Under the pieces are notes generated by a model, which was not told the origin of the DNA, did not search any database, and saw nothing but the letters and a program-made list of their open reading frames with translations. Shown one piece after another: positions 47,001 through 58,908 of a DNA stretch of 64,000 bases (its first letter is position 1; every line of letters starts with the position of its first letter). The translations under genes and the position numbers were made by a program. The DNA is from Raja brachyura (Eukaryota): positions 1,550,001 through 1,614,000 of the forward strand of contig OY740807.1 in the NCBI GenBank assembly GCA_963514005.1, written 5' to 3'.

Positions 47001-48389
47001 TTTACAAACTCCAAACCATCCAGCCCATTTACAGAATGTGTTTCCCAGTCTATTTTTGGAAAATTGAAATCTCCCACAATCACTACCTCGTGCTTACTAC
47101 TAATATCTGCTATCTCCTTACATATTTGATCTTCCAATTCTCGCTCCCCATTTGGCGGTCTATAATACACCCCTAAAAGTGTTGCTACACCGTTCCCACT
47201 TCTCAGTTCCACCCAAATAGCCTCCCTAGACGAGCCCTCGAATCTATCCTGCCAAATCACTGCTGTAATATCTTCTCTGACAAGCAATGCAAAACCTCCA
47301 CCTCGGGTCCCTCCAATTCTATCACATCTGAAGCAACGAAAATTGAAGTTTTTGGCCTAAATGCAAAACGCTGTGTGTGGCAGAAAACGAACACTGCACA
47401 TCACCCATATGTATTTGGCTCCATCCATCTTCCCATCAACTCTGACCAGCTTCCCTGTCCCTGCTGAAGAAAAGCATCCCCACAGCATTATGCTGACTCC
47501 ACCATGTTTTACAGTGGGGATGGTGTGTTCAGGGTGATGTGCAGTGCTCGTTTTCTGTCACACATGGCGTTTTGCACCATCCTCCACATGTTTGCTGTGT
47601 CCTCCACATGGCCTGTGGCAAACTGCAAACAGGACTTCTTATGGCTTTGTTTCAACAATGGCTTTCTTCTTTCCACTCTTCCATAAAGGCCCGATTTGTG
47701 GAGTGCACGACTAATAGTTGTCCTGTGGACAGATTCTCCCACCTGAGTTGTGGATCTTTGTAGCTCCTCCAGAGTTACCATGGGCCACTTGGCTGCTTCT
47801 CTGATCAATGCTCTCCTTGCCCGGCCTGTCAGTTTAGGAGGACGGCCATGTCTTGGTAGGTTTGCAGTTGTGCATGCTCTTTCCATTTTCGGATGATGGA
47901 TTGAACAGTGCTCCGTGCGATGTTCAAAGCTTGGGATTTTTTTTCAAACCTCACCCAGCTTTAAACTTCTCCACAACTTTATCCCTGACCTATCTGGTGT
48001 GTTCCTTGGGCTTTGTGATGCTGTTTGTTCACTAATGTTCTCTAACAACCCTCTGAGGCCTTCACAGAACAGCTGTATTTATACTGAGATTAGATTACAC
48101 ACAAGTGGACTCTATTTACTCGTGACTTCTGAAGGCAATTGGTTGCGCTGGATTTTATTTAGGGGTATCAGTGCAATGGGGGCTGAATACTTTTGCATGC
48201 CACACATTTCAGTTTTTTATTTGTACAAAAATTTGAAAACCATTTTTAATTTTCCTTCCACTTCACAATTATGCGCCACTTTGTGTTGGTCTATCACATA
48301 AAATCCCAATAAAATACATTTACATTTGTGGATGTAACGTGACAAAATGTGGAAAAGTAAAGGGGTATGAAAACTTTTGCAAGCCACTG
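44023..48389 (-). mobile_element. Complete but decayed Tc1 transposon with long (~200 bp) TIRs and TA target duplication, split by a CR1
   Basis: TA|cagtggcttgcaaaagtt at 44021 and aacttttgcaagccactg|TA at 48390. The transposase N-terminus (GRPPKLT...TISRALHKSGLYGRV..RKPLL) is at 47509-47886 and the DDE C-terminus at 44304-44604. Confidence 0.93.
44605..47340 (-). mobile_element. CR1 LINE (~2.7 kb; endonuclease to 3' tail) nested in the Tc1
   Basis: ORFs 44695-47287 with YRPP, GDFN, LDLLL, KSPGPD, YRPVSLT and YADD. Frameshifted. Confidence 0.93.
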
Positions 48390-49369
48390 TATTGTTGGAC
48401 GTGAAGGGAATTGATGCTCTGGGTTTCGTGCGGGAGGGTAGCACTCGGGTAAATGATCAGCCACCTTCACGTTGAACAAGGGCGAGCCGAGGCGCAAGCT
48501 CGGGGGAGTTGACCCCTCACCCACGTGGTTGCATCCCAACACACTGCTGATTCCTGGATCGTCTTCGGCCTAACCCGAAACAAATCTCTCGCCATATCAC
48601 CCTAGGCCTTTGGCCCTGGGATCGGGTAACATTCGTCACAGAGTCATTGAGTCACACAGCACAGTAACAGGCGCTTCGACCTAGCTGTGCCAACCACGAT
48701 GCCCCTTCTCCACTCGTCCCACCTACCTGCGTTGGGCCCAAATCTATCCGAAACTTTCCTATCCATGTACCTGTACAAATATATTTGAAATTCTACTCTC
48801 GTTCTGCCTCAACTATCTCCTCTGGCAGCGCGTTCCATAAACCCACCACTCTCTGTGTGAAATATGATTGGCACATCTTGATTTAATTAATCCGGTTTAA
48901 TTTATGGCAAATGGTCAGCTCTGGATGTTGATGGCGGTGGATTCTGTAGTGCTGTGTCATTGGGTATCACAGCTTGGTGGACAGACTCTTTGTTCAAAGA
49001 GGCGATTAATGGCACATGAACAGTAAATGGTTGTTCTGTGATCCTGCTGGATATATATTATATATTATATGGGAAGAATCCATTATATGGGAAGAATCGG
49101 ATACAATTATGACTTTCGAAATATATGTATTTGAACAGCTATGTGGATTGAAAGGATTTAGAATGATGAGGGCTAAATGCATGCACTGGGACTCGCTGGC
49201 ATGCGTTGACAAGGTGGGCCGAAGGGCTAGGGTTTCGCTGCTCTACAACTCGATATGGAAAGTACAATGAATACAACTGCCATGTGATCCCAGAATGGGC
49301 TGGTGGGATGGGAATGGTGAAAGTGCTGTAGATGTTGGGCAGTGCTCGCTATTTTGGGGAGCTATGTGG

Positions 49370-50097
49370 ATTGAACGGATTCAGAAAGAGGAATCCAGGC
49401 GTCACATCTCACAACATACTTGGTGCACCCTTGAAGTATCTTGGCATCAAATTGCGAATGATCTACGTTGGAATGGTCAGACTCATCATGTAACAGTGAA
49501 AGCATCAGGTGTCCTAAACTTCCAGAGGTGCAACTTCCATCATTATTCAGCTTCTGTCAAGGAGAAGTTGTATTTCACCCTCGTTAGACCTCATCTGGAC
49601 TACGCAGTTGCAGCTTGGGACCCATACACAGATAAAAACATTTCATCCATCGAACGTGTCCAAAGACAGGCCGCTTGATTTGTTACTAACACCTACGAGA
49701 GAGAAGTGAGTGTCACCAAACTTCTGAATTCTCTGGGGTGCAACCCTCTCCAAGACAGACGTGAAGCTCACCGTTTGACCTGTTTTTGCAAAATGTTAAA
49801 TGGTCAACTAGACATAGATCACAAGACCCCAAACCAATTAGGAGCAGACGAGGGCATTCGATCCAATTTGTGGTCCCAGCCTCAAAGACGGACGTATACT
49901 GACATTAGTTCTTTCCACACACTATTAAAGCATGGAATAATCTCCACCAAGCCACGGTTGCCCAACCAGATGCAACTAAATTTAAAGTGGCACTTTCTTC
50001 CCAATAACCCTCTCTGGCTAAACCCCTCCCTTCACCACCTCCAGTTTAAATTCAAGTTGGAATATTTCGGAGGACCAAGTAACCAAGAACCAAGAAC
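49370..50097 (+). mobile_element. 3' fragment of a divergent CR1/L2-group LINE, distinct from the HER1-like families
   Basis: LYFTLVRPHLDYAVAAWDPY...IERVQRQAA, SVTKLLNSLG and a (ccaagaa)n tail. Confidence 0.7.
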
Positions 50098-50284
50098 TCC
50101 TGCAGTGATGTACTGGGGCTGTGTGGATTAGCTTCCAAAAAACATTGAACAGGCCGATGCCTGGATTGTCAACTACAGTAAGAAATTTGAGCTACTTGGT
50201 TGCATTCTCTGAAACGCTGGGAGTTGCGGGGAATCCTAATGGACGTATATAAAGTTATGGGGCACAAATAAGATCAACAATCAG

Positions 50285-51115
50285 AACATAAAACATAGAA
50301 ACATAGAAAATATTTGCAGGAGGAGGCCTTTCGGCCCTTTGAGCCGGCACTGCCATTCGTTGTGATCATGGCTGATCGGCCCCTATCAATAACCCGTGCC
50401 TGCCTTCTCCCCATATCCCTTGATTCCACTAGCCCATAGAGCTCTATCTGACTCTCTTCTAAATCCATCCAGTGAAATGGCCTCCACTCCCTCTGGGGCA
50501 GAGAATTCCATAAATTCACAACTGACTGGGTGAAAACGTTTTTTCTCACCTCAGTCTTAAATGACCTACCCTTTATTCTAAGACTGTGGCCCCTGGTTCT
50601 GGATTCGCCCAACATTGGGAACATTTTTTCTTGCATCTAGCTTGTTCACTCCTTTTATAATTTTATATGTTTCTATAAGAATACCCCCCCTCATCCTTCT
50701 AAACTCCAGTGAATACAAGCCTGGTCTTTTCAATCTTTCCTCATATGACAGTCCCGCCATCCCAGGGATCAATCTTGTGGACCTACGCTGCTCTGCCTCA
50801 ATCACAAGGACGTCCTTCCTCAAATTAGGAGACAAAAATTGAACACAATACTCCAGATGTGGTCTCACCGCTATACAGCTGCAGAAGAACCTCTTTACTC
50901 CTATACTGAAATCCTTTTGTTATGAAGGCTAACATTCCATTAGCTTTCTTCACTGCCTGCTGTATCTGTAAGCCAACTTTCAGTGACTGGTGTACAAGGA
51001 CACTCAGGTCTCGCTGTACCTCCCCCTTACCTAACCTAATCTCAGTGAGATAATAATAAAATGCCCCCTTGTTTTTGCCGCTAAAGTGGATAACCTCACA
51101 TTTATCAATATTATA
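50285..51115 (-). mobile_element. CR1 3' fragment
   Basis: ORFs 50274-51130 ([18 protein letters not shown]) and a (tttctatg)n tail. Confidence 0.88.
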
Positions 51116-52112
51116 CGGTAGTGTACCCAAGTCAAATTGTATTATACTGTATTGTACTGTATTGTACCCAAGTCAAATACTAGAGGGTACAGTTTTAAAC
51201 GTGAGAGTGGCAAAGTATGAATCAAATGTGTGGGGCAGGGGTTTTACACAGAGGTTGGTGGATGCCTGGATCACGCTGCCGGGAGCGGTGGTTTAGACAG
51301 TGGCGTTTAAGAGACATTTGCATATCCGAGGAAATGTGGGATATGGATTATGTGCATGGAGAGGAGCTTTTGCCTTAGCGACTGGTCTGGCAGGCCGAAG
51401 GGTCTGTTCATGTGCTGTACTGATGTTTCTTCAATGTCCTAATAATCTTAGTTTGCGCAAAGCCTGACCCAACTGTTTGAGGCGAATCGCGATTCTCCAG
51501 GTTCGCGTTCCGGCTGCTCTTGGGAAACGGTCGCCAGTCAATTGGGTGTTATGCATTTTGAGGATTAGTTTTATTCTATATTTAAACAGGCAAAGTACAG
51601 ATGCGTCTGGTTTCCTGCAAGGTTTTCCCAATCCCAGATCTGAACCTGTTCATTGATGAGACAGTTTCGCTGCGGGCAGAGAGTGTTTGCGCGGGGTTGA
51701 TCAATATGATGCGGAGCAACTTTGATCTCATCGACCGGTGGGATAGAAGCGATGGACTGAATGGCCCGCCGGCTCAGGCCACAATAACCAATCCGAATGT
51801 CTGAAACCAGTTTACCCTGATATTAATAAAATCTTCACCAGCCTGAAGCTGAAGCCGGAGATTAAACCTGTAGTTGAAGATTCAGAATTTGACGATTGGT
51901 TTATATTTAATCGCGGATGCGAAATTTAGCGGTAAGAGACTTGTGCATTGCGGGCCGAAGGGCCTATTTCTGTGCTGCATTGTACTATGCTCTATGTCCA
52001 ACCAAAGATGAAACGTTTTCAGGCTAGAGGTTGCTGTTTTGTTTTGTGCTTACTTGTATGTTTTTATAATCATATAATCATATAACAATTAGAGCACGGA
52101 AACAGGCCTTCT

Positions 52113-53640
52113 CATAGAAACATAGAAAAATTGGTGCAGGAGTAGGCCATTCGGCCCTTCGAGCCTGCACCGCCATTCAATGTGATCATGGCTGATCATC
52201 CAACTCAGTATCCCGTACCTGCCTTCTCTCCATACCCCCTGATCCCTTTAGCCACAAGTGCCACATCTAACGCCCACTTAAATATAGCCAATGAACTGGC
52301 CTCAACTACCTTCTGTGGCAGAGAATTCCAGAGACTCACCACTCTCTGTGTAAAGAATGTTTTCTTCATCTCGGTCCTAAAGGAATTCCCCCTTATCCTT
52401 AGACTGTGACCCCTTGTTCTGGACTCCCCCAACATCGGGAACAATCTTCCAGCATCTAGCTTGTCCAACCCCTTAAGAATTTTGTACGTTTCTATAAGAT
52501 CCCCCCTCAATCTTCTAAATTCCAGCGAGTACAAGCCGAGTCTATTATGTCTTTCCTCATATGAAAGTCCTGACATCCCAGGAATCAGTCTGGTGAATCT
52601 TCTCTGTACCCCCTCAATGACAAGAAAGTCTTTCCTCAGATTTGGAGACCAAAACTGTACGCAATACTCCAGGTGTGGCATCACCAAAACCCTGTACAAC
52701 TGCAGTAGAACCTCCCTGCTCCTATACTCAAATCCTCTCGCTATGAATGCAAACATACCATTTGCTTTCTGCACTGCCTGCTGCACCTGCATGCCTACTT
52801 TCAATGACTGGTGTACCATGACACCCAGGTTTCGTTGCATCTCCCCTTTTCCTAATCTGCCACCATTCAGATAATAGTCTACCCTCATGTTTTTGCCACC
52901 AAAGTGGATAACCTCACATTTATCCACATTGTACTGCATCTGCCATGCATCTGCCCATTCACTCAGCCTATCCAAATCACCCTGCAGCCTCCAAGCATCC
53001 TCCTCACACCTAACTATACCCCCCAGCTTGGTGTCATCTGGAAATATGGAAATGTTGCATTGATTTCCCTCGTCCAAATCATTAATATATATTGTAAATA
53101 GCTGGGGTCCCAGCACTGAGCCTTGCGGCACCCCACTAGTCACTGCCTGCCATTCTGAAAAGTACCCGTTTACTCCTACCCTTTGCTTCCTGTCTGCTTG
53201 CCAGTTCTCTATCCACATCAATACTGAACCCCCAATACCGTGTGCTTTAAGTTTGTATGCTAATCTCTTTAAGTTTGTATGCGGGACCTTGTCGAAAGCC
53301 TTCTGAAAGCCTATTTATAAGATATAACACATCCACTGGTTCTCCCTTATCCACTCTACTAGTTACATCCTCGAAAAATTCTATCAGATTTGTCAGACAT
53401 GATTTACCTTTCGTAAATCCATGCTGACGTTGTCCAATGATTTCACCACTTTCCAAATGCGCTGCTATCCCATTTTTAATAACTGACTCCAGCAGTTTCC
53501 CCACTACCGATGTTAGGCTAACTGGTCTGTAATTCCCCGCTTTCTCTCTCCCTCCTTTTTTTAAAATGTGGGATTACATTAGCTACCCTCCAATCCTCAG
53601 GAACTACTCCAGAATCTAAGGAATTTTGAAAAATTTCTAA
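52113..53640 (-). mobile_element. CR1 LINE RT region and 3' tail
   Basis: 338-aa ORF 52205-53221 with [11 protein letters not shown] and FPDD (mutated FADD). Confidence 0.92.
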
Positions 53641-53644
53641 GAAT

Positions 53645-54185
53645 TTCCAGTCCGTGCCGACCATTTATTTTCCCCTAGTCCCATCTACCTGCACCCAGAC
53701 CATACCCCTCCATTCCCTTCCCGTCCATATACCTATCCACTTTACTTTTAAATGTTAAAATCGATCCTGCCTCCACCACTTCTGCTGGAAGATCATTCCA
53801 CACAGCCACCACTCTCTGAGTAAAGAAGTTCCCCCTCATGTTACCCCTAAACTTCTGTCCCTTAATTCTCATGTCATGCCCTCTTGTTTGAATCTTCCCT
53901 ACACTCAATGGGAAAAGCTTATCCACGTCAACTCTGTCTATCCCTTTCATCATTTTAAAGAACTCAATCAAGTCCCCCCTTAACCTGAAGAAGGGTCTCG
54001 ACCCGAAACGTCGCCTACCTCCTTCGCTCCTTGGATGCTGCTGCACCCGCTGAGTTTCTCTAGCTTTTTGTGTAACCCCCCTTAACCTTCTGCGCTCCAA
54101 AGAATAAAGACCTAACTTGTTCAACCTTTCTCTGTAACTTAGTTGCTGGAACTCAGGCAACATTCTAGTAAATCTCCTCTGTACA
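53645..54185 (-). mobile_element. CR1 3' fragment interrupted by a mini-element
   Basis: ORF 53675-54190 contains a foreign insert of about 35 aa. Confidence 0.85.
53985..54075 (+). mobile_element. ~90-bp Penelope-pLTR-derived mini-element with hammerhead-like core
   Basis: CTGAAGA-AGGGTCTCGACCC-GAAACGTC. Flanking direct repeat ccccccttaacct at 53974-53986 and 54076-54088. Confidence 0.75.
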
Positions 54186-54399
54186 TACATATTTAATGTA
54201 CATACATTTTGTATTATGTGGGGGAGGGGGGGGGGGGAAGGGGACTATTTTTTTAAATCTCTTTCCTCGACGGAGATGTGACTTTTTCAACGTATCTCGT
54301 CTGCACAACGGCTTTAACATCGCGGGAGAAAAGGAGGAAATTAGGGATAAGTTATTTGACTTCCATCACAGTGGGGATTGTGAGGTCGCCGAAAAAACA

Positions 54400-54790
54400 A
54401 GATGGACTTGCTGCCTGCACTGGTGAGGACTCGGAGGCAATGCCGTGAGTTCAGTGATCTCGGTGTTTTGCAGGGACATGGCTCCGTGAGGACATCCCGG
54501 AGTCTGCGAGTGTGGACGGGACGGACAGGGACTGCAGAGAGAGTGACTGCGGTCGGTACAACTCTGGTCACATCACGGTGAAGGAGCGCGTGTGTGGCCC
54601 GGACATTGAACTGATGGCTTTGGGTCTCCGCTTATGCTGTGGCCCTGGGGATTCTCACACGCCGCTGTGGTGGCTGTTTAAGTCGATGTGTAATTTGTAT
54701 GTGGTTATGTATCTTGTTGTTTTTTTTGAATGATTGTTGGCAAATCAAATTCCTGGTATGTTTACATACTTGGCTAATAAATTAATTTCA
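54400..54790 (+). mobile_element. Rex1/Babar-like LINE remnant
   Basis: NSGHITVKERVCGPDIELMALGLR resembles the Rex/Babar endonuclease region. Tail aaatcaaattcctggtatg...acttggctaataaa. Confidence 0.55.
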
Positions 54791-55010
54791 ATAAGAATTA
54801 AACGACATTTAATTTGCCGTCAGCAGATTCTAAAGCGCCGGAAATCAGTCTCCGCCCACACAGGTTTCCTGGCCCCTCCCACTCATTACATTCCGGTTAA
54901 TAAAGACAACCAGAGGCTCTGGTTTCCAGACACTGGACCCCGAGCGGCTCCCGGACTTTGCAGTACAACACGAGTGGGTCTGAAGATTTGCTGTTCGCCT
55001 GTCCGGAAGA

Positions 55011-55059
55011 ATGGCCCCAGCGCTGCACCTCCTGTGGCCTCTGCTGCTGTTCCCAGCAG
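55011..55059 (+). CDS. IgL: Ig light chain exon 1 (leader peptide MAPALHLLWPLLLFPA-G)
   Basis: Hydrophobic 16-codon signal ending in a phase-1 donor G|GTGAG at 55060, in frame with the VJ exon. Confidence 0.88.
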
Positions 55060-55111
55060 GTGAGACTCGGGTTGGTTCACGACTGATTATCTGCAACGAG
55101 GCTCGTTAAAA

Positions 55112-55207
55112 GGTCTGAAGAAGGGTCTCGACCCGAAACGTCGCCTATCTCCTTCGCTCCTTAGATGCTGCTGCACCCGCTGAGTTTCTCCAGCTTTTTG
55201 TGCAACC
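55112..55207 (+). mobile_element. 96-bp hammerhead-core mini-element in the Ig leader intron
   Basis: Core at 55115-55142, with a 10-bp target duplication ctcgttaaaa at 55102-55111 and 55208-55217. Confidence 0.78.
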
Positions 55208-55546
55208 CTCGTTAAAATCTCCACCATCGTCGGTGCTCTACGCGTGTCTAGCCTTCTGTGGGCTCCAGATCACCCAGTCGTTTCATCTGTCCATAAGTGA
55301 TGGGCCATTCAATCTCTATCTGATCTATCTCTTTCTCCTAACCCCATTCTCCTGCCTTCTCCCCATAACCCCTGTCACCCGTACGAAACACGGATCTATC
55401 TATCTCTGCCTTAGCTTGGCCAAACCGCCGTCTGTGGCAACTAATTCACCTCCCTTGGACTAAAGAAACTCTTCATCATCTCATTCTAAAGGAATGTCCA
55501 TTAGTTCTGAGGCTTTGATTAAGGTTTTCATTGTGTTTTGTTGAAG

Positions 55547-55906
55547 GTCTCCTGGCGATCCCAGTCCTGAATCAGACCCCAACGTCCGGACCTGTCTCCG
55601 CGGCACAAACCGTCCGCTTAGAGTGTCGGATGCAGAACGGAAATGTTGCAAGTTACGATGTATATTGGTATCGACAGCGTCCCGGGGAGAGACCAGAGCG
55701 GATGATAAGGTATACCACGGGTAATAATATCTACCGTGGCAGTGGGATCACAGACCGGTTCCAACCGTCCAGAGATACCTCCGCCAACAGCTACATCCTG
55801 ACCATCGGCACCCTGGAGCCCAGAGACGCCGCCGTCTACTACTGTGCAGTGTGGGAAAACAACGTGGGATACACCTTCAGCCCTGGGAGTATCCTGGATA
55901 TAAATA
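55547..55906 (+). CDS. IgL: Ig light chain exon 2: germline-joined VJ, cartilaginous-fish type I (NS5/sigma-cart) isotype
   Basis: Acceptor ttgaag|GT. Sequence IPVLNQTP...LEC...WYRQRPG...DRFQPSRDTSANSYILTI...DAAVYYCAVWENNVGYTFSPGSILDIN. Donor A|GTAAGT at 55907. No RSS or spacer lies between V and J. Confidence 0.96.
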
Positions 55907-56435
55907 GTAAGTGACTCCCTCGTTCTGCTCCCATGAATCCCCTTTGCAGTCGTTCTCATTCCCCAGTCCGGGAACGCTCCGGAAAAACTTGCTCTGCCTC
56001 TACTCGGCGCGGGAGGCCATTCTGCCCATCGGGTCCGCGCCGTACGTCAGCGGTCGGGAGAGTATTCCCGCCTGCGGGGAACGATAGCCCGCGGGGATTC
56101 CTGCATCGTTAACACAAGTCGCAGTTTGCGACAATCAAACGTTAATGTTGGGGAAACAAGGAAGACAATTTGCAGGCATTCTGATGAATGACATTGAGGG
56201 AAATACTGTGCAGCGGGTTGGGCAAGTCGGTTAGAGAGTGTAGCGGGAAAGGACGTGTTGGTGCGGGCTCGGGGTGTAATCCGGGATGAACCGGTCGCTT
56301 CCTCGTCTCTTCACCTCTCAATGGTTTGCGGAGCCGCGCTGCGTCCCGCCGCTCCCCTTGCGTCACTTGACAGGGAGTGTTGGATATCCGGAGGCCTCTC
56401 CGGTACCGGTACTTCCCGCCATAACTCCTTAAAGT

Positions 56436-56745
56436 GGGTGCGGCACATTGGCTCAATGGTAGATATGTTGCCTCACTGCGCCAGATTCCCCGGTTCGAGC
56501 CTGACCTCGGGTGCTGTCTGTGTGGGGTTTGCAAGTTCTCCCTGTGACCCCGTGCGATTGCTCCGGTTCCCCCCCACATCCCAAAGACGTGCGGGTTTGG
56601 AGGTTAATTGCCCGTCGGTGAACTGCCCCGAGTGTACGTGGAGTGGGTGAGAAGCGGGGTCTCATAGAACTAATGTGAACGGGTGATAATGGTCTGTGTA
56701 GACTCGGTGGGCCGAAGGGCCAGTTTCCATGCTGTGTCTCCTAAA
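56436..56745 (+). mobile_element. V-SINE in the Ig J-C intron
   Basis: gcggcacattggctcaatggtaga...ggttcgagcc...gctccggttccccccacatcccaaagacgtgc...gggccgaagggcc. Confidence 0.8.
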
Positions 56746-57042
56746 ATAGCTACATTCGTAAATTCACATTCAAGCGAATTCCAGAGCTGGGGAATTATTG
56801 AACCCCGCAATGAAGTCGTCTCGACAGAGCGACGTAAAGCCGAGCGGCGCCAGGTGGAGGGACGAGGCCGGGACGGGGTGATGTTACTCAAGTGGCTTTA
56901 GAGCTCTCGGCCTGGTGTTGGCTGCAAAGCGACAGCTGCGATTAACCTGGGCCAATCTTCATTAGCCGGCTTAGACCTGCTGGGTTCAATAGCCGCGTCC
57001 TTTTCCTCGACTTTCACGAATTGTTCGCGTCATCGACGGTCT

Positions 57043-57365
57043 TTTAGTTTTAGTTCTAGTTTTAGAGACAGCCCGAAAACAGGCCCTTCGGCCACCGTGT
57101 CCACACCGACCAAAGATCCCCGCAAACGAACACTACCCCACACACACTAGGGACAATTTTACATTGATACCAAGTCAATTAACCTACACAACTGTACGTC
57201 TTAGGGGTGCGGGAGGAAACCGAAGTTCTCGTAGAAAACCAACGTACACACGTCACGGTGATAAACGTACAAACTCCGTACAGACATGCACCTATATTTA
57301 GGATCCGACCCGGCTCTCTGGCGCTGTAAGACAGTTGCTCCAGCGCTGCACCACCGCGCCGCCCA
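57043..57365 (-). mobile_element. V-SINE in the Ig J-C intron, inverted relative to the previous one
   Basis: Minus strand reads ggcgcggtggtgcagcgctggagc...tttgtacg...gtttcctcccgcac...ccgaagggcctgttt...(ctaaa)n. Confidence 0.78.
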
Positions 57366-57484
57366 GTCACTGACACTTTCCGTGGCCGAGTTCGTTTCTC
57401 TCGCGTTGGGGTCAGTGTGTGGCGCTGCCGACGGTCTCCATCAACTAATAATGTTTCTCTTCTCCTCCGCCTCTCCACACACAG

Positions 57485-57813
57485 GTAGCGAGTCTCGGAA
57501 GCCCTCACTTCTCCTGCTCCCTCCGTCTCCGGATGAAACGGGCACGGGCTCGGCCACACTCAGCTGCCTGGTGAGCGGCTTTAAGCCGGGCTTCGTGGCG
57601 CTGCGCTGGGCCGTGGACGGCGTGGAGACGGAGAGCGGGGTGACGTCGGGCGCCGTGTCCCCGGACGCCGAACAGACGTACAGGCTGAGCAGTTACCTGC
57701 GGGTCCCCGCCGCCGCATGGGACAAGGGCTCCAGCTATTCCTGCAGCGTCGGACATAGCTCGCTCAGCTCGCCTCTACGACACACCGTCTCGTCGTCCAC
57801 CTGCGCGAACTGA
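57485..57813 (+). CDS. IgL: Ig light chain exon 3: constant (C1-set) domain
   Basis: Polypyrimidine tract plus acag|GT. Sequence SESRKPSLLLLPPS...ATLSCLVSGFKPG...W...YRLSSYLRVP...W...YSCSVGH...SSTCAN*, with the terminal Cys for heavy-chain linkage. The spliced CDS is 738 nt (245 aa plus stop). Confidence 0.96.
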
Positions 57814-58080
57814 GTTCGTGCCATTGGCATCGGCTGCCAATTCTCTGCTATGTTTAACACAGAGAGAGCTTCACTGTGGTCTGCCGCCACCTTGAGCAAT
57901 GTAACCTATAGCAATGTCCACTTCTGGGAACAACACGAATATGTAATTATCTCAGAGATCAGTGCGTATTTCTTTGTCGATTTGTCCCCTGTGTTTTCCT
58001 GCCTCTGGCTGTAGAGTGGGGGGAGATTCCCACGTAGACAGTAACCGTGTTGTGATTGGATCTGGTGTATCTCAGCTCTT

Positions 58081-58086
58081 AATAAA
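58081..58086 (+). promoter_or_regulatory. Probable polyadenylation signal of the Ig light-chain gene
   Basis: AATAAA about 270 nt after the stop, followed by GT/T-rich sequence. Confidence 0.65.
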
Positions 58087-58585
58087 GAGGAAAAACTGCG
58101 GTGTGATTCCATTGGTCTATTTTCACGCGGTTCCTCGCAGTACATTGAGGGGTTTGGCGCAAAGACCTGGCGATCAGGAGCCGCCTTATACACAACTACA
58201 ACCAGTTCCGCTCAAACGGCTCATTCTGCTCCTCTTGATCAATAGCACTCTGTGTCCCGCACCGACCTCTTCCCCCCCCTCTCCCACCTGCCGCCGTCTG
58301 CCGGTCCCTCTATTCTGCGTCCCGTCTCCCCTACCTCCATCGCAACCTCACGTGTTTATCCTGCTCCCCATTTCCCACCTACCCCCCCCCCCCCCCCCCC
58401 CCGCTCCCCCTGGATGCCAGATGCACAATCTCGCCGCTCTTTGGTCAAATTTGGGGGTGGGGACACACACACACACACACGAAACACGGAGCTGGACTCT
58501 TCCGCTCTGAACCATCCCTGGAACACGTGGGTAGGTGAAAACTCGGTTAGAGACCCTTCTTCAGATTTAGCTCCGAACCAAAACG

Positions 58586-58770
58586 CTGAAGAAGGGTCTC
58601 GACCCGAAACGTCACCTATCTCCTGCGCTCCGTAGATGCTGCTGCATTCGCTGAGTTTCTCCAGCCTTTTGTGTACCGACGTCACCTATCCCTGTTCTCC
58701 ATGGATGCTATCCGACCCATTACCAATGCCTTTCCATGGTAAACCAGCATCTGCAGTTGCTTGTTTGCAG
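58586..58770 (+). mobile_element. Hammerhead-core mini-element(s), partially tandem
   Basis: ctgaagaagggtctcgacccgaaacgtcacctatc at 58586, a partial second unit from about 58679 and an inverted core fragment at about 58551-58565. Confidence 0.65.
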
Positions 58771-58908
58771 TTGCCGCTATAAATGAACGAAGTTCTCAGA
58801 ACTCAGTAAGTGTGACGCTATCTCTCGGGAAGCATTCGCAACTGAGGGCCTAATGGGTGAACACTAAAGTACACAAGAGCTGATTACCGGGTTGTGATTG
58901 TTTCTGAA

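Noticed and set aside
51316-51323. Perfect octamer ATTTGCAT
   Set aside because: It lies 3.7 kb upstream of the leader inside a decayed CR1 tail; probably chance.
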